Shown here piece after piece: positions 45,897 to 55,988 of a DNA stretch of 64,000 nt (position 1 is the first letter of the stretch; every line of letters starts with the position of its first letter). Source of the stretch: Phyllosticta citribraziliensis (Eukaryota); the NCBI RefSeq assembly GCF_038025025.1, contig NW_027117346.1, forward strand, positions 310,001-374,000, read 5' to 3'. Both the position numbers and the translations under genes were made by a program. Below the pieces are notes generated by a model, which worked only from the letters and a program-made list of their open reading frames with translations, searched no databases and was not told the origin of the DNA.

Positions 45897-48458
45897 ATGG
45901 CAGGCACCATCCTCGACCGTTATCCGGATCCTGAGTTCACAAGGGGCGCATTTGATCATCTAGGAGACTACAGCGCTTCGACGTTCAGTCTCGCGAAACC
46001 TGATGGGGTGAACGAGGAGGCCGTTTGGCTTACTCTGAGCAACAAGGGACCCCATCAGGAACAGCGTGTCGAATGGGCGAGCAGTAAGAGGAAAGAGCAG
46101 GAAAAGATAGGTCTTTCTCAACCTCCCAAACAGGCTGCGGAGAAAGATGTCACCGGGATATACAGGCCAATTCAGGATCAGTACGGCATCCGAGTCCTGG
46201 AAATCTACCCCGGCCAGCGAAAGGACAAAATCAAGGCCTCTCTGCACCACTGCACGGTCGAGTTCACGTACAAGCCCATTTCGATGGTTCCATCGGGCGG
46301 CGGGCCCTACTTCACGCTCAGGACCAAGCACGCGCTGTCCACTGACAATCTGGAAAAGCCCGTCTTCTACACGGCGCTGAGTTACACCTGGGGATCGGGT
46401 GGTTTCGACTGCGCAATTGAATGTGACGGCGGCTCGCTGCCCATCACCACGTCGCTTGACACGGCGCTTCGCCATTTTCGACAGAAAGACCATTCGGTCG
46501 TCATGTGGATTGACCAGATTTGCATCAACCAGAAAGACGGCGAGGAGAAGAAGCAGCAGATTCCACTCATGTCGAAGATTTATTCACGCGCGCTGAATAC
46601 GGCCGTGTGGCTCGGGGAAGGAATCGACCGCCGTGGAACCAGCAAAGAAACGTCGATGACCGAGAACGGCGAGGAAGAGCCAGAAGACGGAATCGTCATG
46701 GCATTCGACCTGCTCCGCCAAATCAGGGTCAATTTGCAATTCAACGAAGACAGCATCGGGCCAAAGGACCTGCGGCGACTGCTGCTCCCCGACGAACATG
46801 CTGAGGCATGGAAGATGCTGCAGGCGCTCTTCTCACGGCCATGGTTCCAGCGGCTTTGGGTGATCCAAGAGGCCATCCTCTCCGAAACGCCATGGGTCGT
46901 CTGCGGGACACGGCACTGGACGAACACCCCAATGCTCACAGCAATGCCCTTCGACGAGTTCACCAACGCCTGCAGCACGCTGCACCGCAGCGGCATCGGT
47001 AAGCTGGCTGCCCTCGGCAACGACGGCGGCGACGGCAGCAGCGACAGCAACGGCGACAGGCTTGCCTCGGGCAGCGGCATGGTGCTCAACCTCAGCTACC
47101 AGCGTGAGAGCTTCTGGCAAGCCCAGAGCGACCTGGACCTGCGCGAGACGCTCATCTTCACGCGCTACGCCCAGTGCTACTTCGCGCATGACAAGATCTA
47201 CGGGCTCCTGGGCGTCTGCGGGCAGCGTGGGATCGAGATCGACTACGATCGCCCCTCGGCGGAGCTGTACCGCGACGTCGCCGTCATGTTTCTCACCGAC
47301 GCTGTCCGCGGCCTCGAGGAGGTCAAGAAGCACCCGTACAGCACCGACCTGCGCGTCTCGCGGCGCGACATCTTCGACGTGCTGATCTGCGTCGATCACG
47401 AGCCGGCGGAAACCGCCGGTACAGACAAAAAGGCTTCATCGCCTTCGTCGTCGTGGGTGCCGGACTGGCAGCGGCCCCGCGTGACGGACTCGCTGGGCCA
47501 CTCGACCAGCACGCTGGCTCTGTACCAGGCGGGAGGCAATCTCGATCCGCAGCTCCACATCAGCGCAGACAGGCGCACACTGACGCTGCGCGGCAAGATC
47601 GTCGACGTCGTCGACGAGCTCAGCCCTGCTTTTGTAGCCGCGCCGCACTTTGGTCTCCCGCCGTCAACGACACAGGCAAACGACCTGCTTACTTGCCTCG
47701 ACATGGCGCGGCGGCGCTACCCCTGCTTAGGGGGCAAGCCGTGCGCATGCAGTCCTCGCTGCGCCTACGCGAGCAGCGGCAAGTCAGCCCCTGGCACCAT
47801 CTTCGACGCCTTCTGGCAGACACTGGTAGCCGGCAAAGACGAGTCGGGCAAGCAGGCGTGCCCGGCGAGCTGGAGCCTGGTTTTCAGTCTACTCTTGGAC
47901 GCCGCGACGGGCGCGCCGTACGCGCTGCCGGACCAGACGTACGACAGGCGACAGCTGCTGCCCGACGGGCATCCGGGAAAGGTGACGGTTGCGCATCTGG
48001 GGAGTTGGGGGAGCGAGGGCGCGCAACAGAAGCAGGAAAAGCAACCAGAGCCGTCGACCAACGCCGACCCCAACGCCAACTCCAAGCCACCCAGCACCAG
48101 CAACAAGAAAAAGCCGAACAAACGCGGCGGCGGCGGCGGCGGCGCCACCGACTTCAACAACCGCAAACTGGCGCGCTCCTTCCACGACGTGCAGACGGCA
48201 GCGCAGCACGCGATGCGCAACCGGCACTTTGGCGTCACTGGCGAGAAGAGACGGTTTGGCCTCTTCCCGCATCACGCGCGGGCGGGCGATGTCGTTGTCG
48301 TGTTTGCCGGGTGCCATGTGCCGTTTGTGCTGCGGCGGCGGCGAGAGGGGACGGGGATGTGCCAGGTGGTTGGTGAGTGCTACGTTCATGGGATTATGCG
48401 GGGGGAGGTTCCGGCTGAGGACGGGGAGAAGGGTTTGGAGGAGATTGTGTTGGTGTGA
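45897..48458 (+). CDS. HET-6-like heterokaryon incompatibility protein, intronless, 853 aa
   Basis: IRVLEIYPG, YTALSYTWG, WIDQICINQ.D..EK..QIPLM..IY..A, RPWFQRLWVIQE, DKIYGLLG, SWVPDW, and the HET-6-type C-terminus GDVVVVFAGCHVPFVLR...VGECYVHGIM.G. Confidence 0.94.
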   Translation: MAGTILDRYPDPEFTRGAFDHLGDYSASTFSLAKPDGVNEEAVWLTLSNKGPHQEQRVEWASSKRKEQEKIGLSQPPKQAAEKDVTGIYRPIQDQYGIRVLEIYPGQRKDKIKASLHHCTVEFTYKPISMVPSGGGPYFTLRTKHALSTDNLEKPVFYTALSYTWGSGGFDCAIECDGGSLPITTSLDTALRHFRQKDHSVVMWIDQICINQKDGEEKKQQIPLMSKIYSRALNTAVWLGEGIDRRGTSKETSMTENGEEEPEDGIVMAFDLLRQIRVNLQFNEDSIGPKDLRRLLLPDEHAEAWKMLQALFSRPWFQRLWVIQEAILSETPWVVCGTRHWTNTPMLTAMPFDEFTNACSTLHRSGIGKLAALGNDGGDGSSDSNGDRLASGSGMVLNLSYQRESFWQAQSDLDLRETLIFTRYAQCYFAHDKIYGLLGVCGQRGIEIDYDRPSAELYRDVAVMFLTDAVRGLEEVKKHPYSTDLRVSRRDIFDVLICVDHEPAETAGTDKKASSPSSSWVPDWQRPRVTDSLGHSTSTLALYQAGGNLDPQLHISADRRTLTLRGKIVDVVDELSPAFVAAPHFGLPPSTTQANDLLTCLDMARRRYPCLGGKPCACSPRCAYASSGKSAPGTIFDAFWQTLVAGKDESGKQACPASWSLVFSLLLDAATGAPYALPDQTYDRRQLLPDGHPGKVTVAHLGSWGSEGAQQKQEKQPEPSTNADPNANSKPPSTSNKKKPNKRGGGGGGATDFNNRKLARSFHDVQTAAQHAMRNRHFGVTGEKRRFGLFPHHARAGDVVVVFAGCHVPFVLRRRREGTGMCQVVGECYVHGIMRGEVPAEDGEKGLEEIVLV

Positions 48459-49020
48459 GGGGTGTGAGTGTTGTTAGCAAACTAGATATATACCTTTAGA
48501 GCAGCTGTGTGACGTCGAAAGCATTTTACAGAACACAGAAACAGTCTCAACGAAGAAAAGAGCAAAAACGACTGGATTACTTCCTCCCATGATCCATCCC
48601 TTTTAAGCGCCAGACCAATCTATCGATGTGTAGAAAAAGTGTGCAATCATAAGCCATGGCGTCCTCCCTTCGTGAAAAGTCTGTGTGTGTGCGTGCGTGC
48701 TGTTCTCCCGTCTCTCCAGAAAAGATCGTCTATGAAGAATCCGACCCTGCTCAGGAGAGTATCGACATGCATGGGCAAGAGCGGAGTGTGAAGCGAGCAA
48801 GCGGGAAATGGGCGTGGGAGGAATCCGAAAGGGGTGGTAAATGAGCATTGAGGTATGCTCCGTTGATTGCGATAGCCATGATCAGCTCTACCGTCTGACG
48901 AGAAGTAGGGGCTTCCAGTTTATTTGTCTCATGCCGTCCGAGGTACAATGTGTAACTGAGAGGAGGTTGAGGGCGAGGAGCGAGGGGAAGATGTCAAGTG
49001 ATCTATCGAAGCCAGAGAGC

Positions 49021-50477
49021 TTAGGCAGGCAAAGCCAACGCTTTGATGTTCGCAGACGTCGGTTGTCCGCGGAGCAGCTCTGACAAAACGAGACCGGTGC
49101 CGAGAGATTGCGTGATGCCTACACGGTTGTCAGTAGCTGGAAATCCAAAGCTGAAAATTGTACGCACCCCATGCGCCATGGCCGGCAGCCAGGAAGACGC
49201 CGCCATCTCCGCCTCCATTGGTGCGGACGCCAAGTTTCGCGTCAGGGACGCGAGAAATAATGGGTCTGCCGCTTGACGTGACGGGACGGAAACACTGCGG
49301 ATGGTCAGTTCGAATACAGGCAGCTAGAGACGTATGGTGAGCTTACCAAGCCTTTGCGCAGTATCGTCAAGTCGGTTGGTTTCTCAGGAAGACCGCACAT
49401 GGTCACGGCAACCTCCTCAAGCTGCTTGACGGCCTTTTCACTAATCGTGACGTCTGAGGCCAGTTCCGGCAAGGGCACCTGTGTGGTGTTGAGACCAGCA
49501 ATGTACAGTTCCTCTCCAATCCTGCTAAAGAGCTCTGGCGAAAATCCAAGAGTGTCGGTTGCAAATACGGCGTGGCAGCCTTGGCCTTCATCTTGTTCCT
49601 TCCAGCGAGGTGAGCGGAGGAGTATCGAGTGTCCACCGAGTGCGGAAATGGGTATTCGCAGTTGGGCGCGAGGGAAGAGGGCAGAGAAGACTCTGGGTGT
49701 CCAAGCTCCTGCAGTGACAACGAGTCGGGCACATGGGACTAGGGGAGGTCAGCTTGGTCATGGAAGATTGGGATGTCTGCCGTACGCTGGTGCTCCTTCC
49801 CGTCCGCGTTGGTGATTCGTACTCCGGTCAGGTTTGCGGAATTATCCGTCGAGACGGCAGTCGCATGAGCAGGTTGGTGTAGCTGAACTCCTCGCGCGCG
49901 ACACTGGTCAAGCAAGAATTCGCAAAGGCGCTTTGGGTCAATCTGAGCAGTGCTCCCGTCTTGGCTGATGACCTCCAGACTGCTGCCGCTCTTTCTCATC
50001 AACCATGCTGGTCCTTCGCCTTCCTTAAATGCGTGGGTTCCAGCAGCTTCGGCTCGACTGGTGCCGTTGGCCAGCCAGTCTTCGCCGCTCCCAAGTACCG
50101 CATCTTCGCTGTTGTCTGGGTCGTGGCTGAGAGAGGTTCCGGTACTCAGACAGTATCCCCACTTCTTTCGTCCATCGAATTGGTCTGCGAGTTCGCGGTG
50201 CAGACGGAAGGAGAGGGCACCGAGCGGCGCCACACTGGGGGCAAACCCTGGTCCAAGGTTAGCATGAGCGTCATGGATTTCGAAGAGACTGAGTGGACGC
50301 ACAGTCTTGAGCCAAAAAGCCGCCAGCGAGACCGGAGGCGGAGCAGAATAGTTCGAGGGAGGGCTCGACAATATGTATAGTCTTTGGGTCAAAGCCTTCA
50401 GACTGGGAGAGGTAGTAGGCGGTGGAGAGGCCAATTATGCCGGCGCCCAGGATGACGGTATTCGCGGGGGTCGCCAT
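49021..50477 (-). CDS. FAD-dependent oxidoreductase, DAO family (yeast TDA3/YHR009C-like). Exons 50477-50303, 50247-49786, 49738-49347, 49294-~49168, ~49109-49021
   Basis: Rossmann motif VILGAGIIGLSTAYYL, SASGLAGGFLAQD|W, LVVTAGAWTP, L|CFRP...GRPII, and FLAAGHGAWG|ITQSLGTGLVLSEL. Four canonical introns. Confidence 0.92.
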
Positions 50478-50690
50478 GACGGGGGAGGGGAGTGGAGAGA
50501 GGACGAGGGATTGCGAAGAGGGCGAAATTTATTGTTTGCCATTGTTGCGCGCCTGGTCGAGGGAAGCTGAGGGCGGGTAGGGTAGGCAGTGGATCGTATG
50601 ATCAGTCCCAGGAGGGCGCTCGCCGTCCAACCCTTATCTCAGCGGGTGACTCAGCCGGCCTCGGCGTCACGTGGCGCCGTAGGCGCGTCT

Positions 50691-51003
50691 GAGCGTAAAT
50701 GGGACTTATTTGTATAATTCTATATAAGTAGTAGATATTTAAGCAGTAAATATACTATTACTACCAGGCTATATATGGTAGTATAATTTAGGCAGGTTAA
50801 ATTAAGTATAAATTTTTAATTAATACTAAAATAAGTACCTCCTAGGTAATATTTAGGGAGAGTTATAAGGCTAAAGGTTACTTTAAAAGGTAGTTTTATA
50901 TAAGAATACCCCCTAGTTTCTACCCCCCTCCTGCCCTCCTGCGCCACCTATTTATAAAAAACTAAGTAGATAGTATTAAAGAGCGTCTTCTACTCTATAT
51001 AAC
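50691..51003. mobile_element. RIP-degraded repeat fragment at the compartment border, possibly a DNA-transposon terminus
   Basis: Begins with unmutated GAGCGTAAATGGGACTTATTTG and then becomes RIP-like. No matching second end is visible in the window. Confidence 0.3.
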
Positions 51004-51076
51004 TATATATATATATATATATATTGTTGCGTGGGCTAAATGACTAGTTAGAAAATAAGGTACTTTAGTAGTACTT
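51004..51076 (+). mobile_element. (TA)10 tract (51004-51024) followed by a 52-bp LTR-like stub (TGTTGCGTGGG..., 51025-51076) cut by element A
   Basis: A TGTTG start typical of LTR termini lies directly after the TA run. The sequence stops where the element A LTR begins. Confidence 0.45.
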
Positions 51077-51275
51077 TATTATAGCGCCTAGTAGAGTAAA
51101 TTGATATAGACTACTAATAATTAATAGGTAAGGAGTAAGAGTAGTTATTATATAGCCTATATAGAATAACTATCTACTCTTAAGCTAACTAGAAGTAGCT
51201 AGTATATATAGAAGAAGTAAATACTAAATACTAAGTATTAAGAAATATAAGCTATATATACTATAGTATATAATA
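51077..51275 (-). repeat. 199-bp LTR of element A; inverted copy at 55989-56187
   Basis: Its reverse complement aligns colinearly with 55989-56187, differing almost only by C/T and G/A transitions. Termini TATTA...TAATA correspond to RIP-mutated TGTTG...CAACA. Confidence 0.9.
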
Positions 51276-54200
51276 CTACCCCCCCTCCTAGTAAGTAATA
51301 TCCTTATTACTTAGTTATTAGTCTAACTAGCTAGTAGGTAAAGGTTTAGGTACCTTTTATAATAGTATAAGATAATATTATAAGTATTATTAAACTTACT
51401 ATTATTAGTATTATAAAATACTTAGTCTAGTAGATAATTAGTCTAGTTTACCCTAAACTAGAGTCTCCTATTAGCTAATATCTAATAGCCTATAACCTTC
51501 TCTACTTCCTAATTAGTATCCTTATTCTTATTATTATTATCTTATAAGGCTAGGCTATTAGCTAGTTATTAGCTAGGTAATAGGTTATTACTAGTAATAA
51601 TAAGGTATAAGATATTAAATTTATTATAGGTATATAAACTAGGAGGTAGTTATAGTATAGCCTAGTTACTATATATATTAGTAACTTAATATAGACTATT
51701 ATTATAGAAATTAAGTATAGTAGGATAGCTATAGAGTATATATATATAGTCTATATAGATATATATATATTTACCTAGTTTAATAATATAATCCTAATAC
51801 TAGTAGTTAGCCTAGATAGCTATTTATTATTATATAACTATAAGACTATACTTTATCTTATCCTATACTTATTATATAGTATAGGTAATAGCTTATATAG
51901 TTTATAGTTATACTAAATAGGTATCTATAATTAGTCTATAAATACTATAAATAGTAGCTTTAGTATTAAAATTAAATTATAGCTTATAGCTATAATAAAT
52001 ATAAAAAGGGGAGTAGCTATTAAGGCTCTTATATTATATACTATTAGCTATAAATTAGGTAATAGATAGTAGTAGTTACTAATTATCTTAATAGAATCTA
52101 ATAAACTATCTTAAGTAGTTCTTAAGGTCCTAATTAGCTTATTTAGTCTAGCTATTAGTTTAAGGATAATAGCTAGTAGATAGCTTTAGGCTAATACTAA
52201 TAATATAAGTAAGGCCCTCCTATAGGTAAGAGATAAACTAGTTACTATAGTCTAAGATAATAGAGAGAGGGAAACTATATATAGTAAAGATATAGTCTAT
52301 AAGTATATAAGCTATAAACTCTATTATAGTCCTATTATTTACTATATCTATAATAATAAGGTATTATACTTTACTAAAATAGTTATAAATAACTAGGATA
52401 GTATCTATACCCTTACTATATAGTAATAGGCTAATAAAGTCTATAGTAATATACTATTATAGCTATAATAGAATAGGTAGTAGCTATAGCTAGCCTAAAA
52501 TAACTAGGTAAACTTTATAAATATAGATATAGTTTAGATAGTTATCTATAACTTAGGATATAAGTAAGATAAGGTAAGAAAACTAAAATTAAGGTATTAG
52601 AAGGTTATATAGCTAAGTTTAGCTAGGGTAGCTAATAAGTAGCTACTTATAAATATAATAGATAAGAAGTAGCTAGAGTTTAATAGGTATAATAAAGTAG
52701 CTATTTATAAAGATATTCTATTACCTATTAATAGTAAAGGGTAAGTCTAGCTTATTAGTATAATACCTCTAGTTATTTATTTTAGTATTATCTATAGTAT
52801 TAGCTATAAGTAATTACTAGAGTATAAATATATTATTATTATTATTATTAATAGGGGCTACCTTCTAGTTCTTATATATACTAGCTAAGAGCTTACTAGC
52901 TAGGAGTAGGGTTTAGTATTATATTTACTACTAGGGGTTATTAGTAGTAGGGGTATCCTAAGGATAATAAGTAAGTATATTAGCCTTAATATTAGTATAG
53001 CTAGGGTAATATATAATCTTAAAGTTATATTTTAAGAGGAGTTTAGCCTAGTAGGCTTAATAATAAATTAGCTACTTAATTATAGTAAAGTACTATAATA
53101 TCTAGTAATCTATAAATAGTATAAATAGTATCTAATAGGCCTTAAGATTAGGCTCTTATAACTCTAAGGTATAAATAATAGCTAGGAGCTCCTTATTATA
53201 GATAGTATAATTAAGCTTAGCTAGTACTATAGTCTTAAAGTAGTATATAATAGGGTAAAGATATTACTTATTATTATACTAGAAGAGAAGGCTACTATTA
53301 GTCTAATTAAATAAGTCTATTTCTATAACTATCTTATAAGATAGGTTAAAGTAGGTAAGGACTAGTACTATTATAAGGATATATTTAAGATTATTAAATA
53401 ACTATTATTTAATATTAGTCTACTACTAATTAGTACCCTTATATATTAGTTATATTAATAGCCTAGTAGTCTTACTATAGTCCTTAATAAATTACTAGTA
53501 GAAATTAGTAGTACTAAGAAAGGACTAGACCTACTTTACTATTATAGGCTACTCCTAAGATATAATTATATTAATCTTAGAGGGGTCTATATAAATACTA
53601 TTAGTAGAGATAATAATACCTAAAAACTAGGTTTCCTAGATATAGAACTTATACTTATTAATATTAACTTATAAACTATACTTATATAGCTAAGTAAGAA
53701 CCTCTCTAATATACTATTAGTAATCTATAAGTATTTAGCTATAAATAAGGATATTATTAAGATATATAGTAGTATACTTACTAAGATAGTAGAATAGGTA
53801 CTTATTAATTAACTATTACTAGGTACTAGGGCTATTAGCTATACTAAAGGGTATAACTAAGTACTTATAGGTACTATAGTAGGTCTAGAATATAAGTAGG
53901 TCCTTAGTCTACTAGTCTATAATATAGATTTAGTAGAAGGCCTACTTAATATTAAGCTTAGTAATATATTTAGTACCTCTTATCTAGCTAATTATCTTAT
54001 CTAGTAATAGTAGGGGATAGTAGTCCTTCTTTATAAGTTTATTAAGCTTATAATAATTAATATAGAAATAAATACTACTATTAGCCTTAGCTATAAGTAA
54101 AATAGGTAAGGCTATACCTACCTTATTAGGCTCTAATATACTAAGATTAATATCCTTCTATATATACTATTTAATCTTAGCTAACTAGATATTATTAGTA

Positions 54201-55988
54201 TACTATAGTAGTATATAGCTAAGATCTTTAGGTTTAGTACTATCCTTTAGTTCTATATAGAAGTTAGTCTATAGATAGGCTTAAGGGAGTAGGTTAATAT
54301 TATAAAATATATCTAAGAGGTTATAATATTTATAAGGGATAGTATAATAGAGGTAAGGTTTATTACTACTAATACTAAAGGCTTATAAGATAGACTCTAA
54401 TAAATAAAGCTTAGTATACTCTAAGTTATTAATAGGAGTAAAGGTATAGATAGAGTAAGCTTTAGTACTAAGCTATTATTAGAGTAGGACTATATTAAAA
54501 GCTATAATTAGTATAATATCTACTAATAAGCTTACCTAGAAATAACTCTATTTATTAAGCTAACTTATAGTCTTCTTAATAATAGAGATATCCTTAGGTA
54601 CTTAGTAGTAGTATTATAATTAAGAGAGCTCTCCTAGTAGGCCTACCTTATAATATATTAACTAGTATAGCTAGCTAACTTACTTAGTACTAACTTATAT
54701 AGGAGAGATTAGTAAGTTATTATAGAGGGGTTTACTATAGTATAAGATCTTAATAGGAGTTATAGTAGTAGGCTATAGTAGGGATAAGGTAGTATTATTT
54801 ATAGATAGTAATAATAGTAAGGAGTAGTTATTAGATAACTAGCTACTAGTCTAGGGGAGAGTTATAGTTATAGTTATAGATAGTAGTAGCCTAGCTATAG
54901 ATATAGATAGATAGACTATACTAGACTATAATACCTAAGATAATATTTAAGTAGGTAGTAAGGGTTTAATTAGCTTAAAGGCTATCTAAGGCTAAACTAA
55001 AATATCCTAGGATTTAGCTAAAAAATTATCTCTTAAATTAGTACTATACTAATATAATCTACCTAACTTTACTCTACTAATCTTTAATTATATATAGCCT
55101 AGATTTAGTATAAAATTAAACTGGTATATATACTCTAAGCTAATAAATAAATTATATAAAGGACTAATTTAGGTAATTATTATAGAAGCCTATAGATTAA
55201 AAAATATAGAATCCTCCCTATATTCTAAGCTAAATAATAACCTAGTAATAAGCTTATAGGTAAGATATTAGGTCTAGCTATAAGTATAGTTATTAATTAT
55301 CTAGGGCTTATATAACTATTACTTCTAGGTACTAGTAGTAATAAGTTTACTCTTAAGGGACTAGCTTATATATAGGCTACTAGTATAGCTAGAGTTAATA
55401 AGGATATAGATAGGCTATAATAGTATATTAGGATATATATAGATATATATAGTATAAGAGTAGTAAGAAGGACTAGAAACTCTATTCCCTAATTATATTA
55501 AATAACTAATAGCTATCTTATAGGTGCTACCTCTTATAGTAGTTTTATAAAAGGCTACTTATTTCCTAATATCTTATCTAAATCTATAATATCACCTCTA
55601 CTAATAATAATAATACCTAGATTATCCTTAACTATATTTATAAACTCCTTAGTAACCTCCTCTATACTAGTAGCTATATAGGTATAAATTAGCTAATAAT
55701 ATATAGGTTTACTATAGGGGTAGTCCTTAATTTAGTACCCTAGGCTACTATAATACTAATAGCTATAATTATCTAATATATTAGAATACTCCTATTTAAT
55801 ACTACTAGTAGTACCTTTAATAGTAGGAGTAGTCTAGTAAGAGGGCCTAACTAGTATAGCTATATAAAGGGTACCCTTATAGTAGGGGGTTATCTATAGT
55901 ATTAGTACTATCTTATACTTATAAGCCTAGCTAATATTAGTAGCTTAGCCTAAGATATCTAAGAGCTCTATATAGCCCTTTATAATAT
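51077..55988 (-). mobile_element. Ty3/Gypsy chromovirus, element A, RIP-inactivated: 3' LTR 51077-51275, PPT 51276-51290, pol ~51310-55570, gag tail to 55988 (5' part displaced by element B)
   Basis: De-RIP of the minus strand gives RT ...YLVMPFG.ANGP...AYLDDILIYS (YLDD at 53753-53764), RNase H NY.IHDKELLAII (~53174-53210), integrase IVSDRG.QF...HPQTDGQTERAN (~52130-52270) and chromodomain WEVEKV...LQFRVNW (~51340-51515). The purine tract AGGAGGGGGGGTAG abuts the LTR. Confidence 0.92.
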
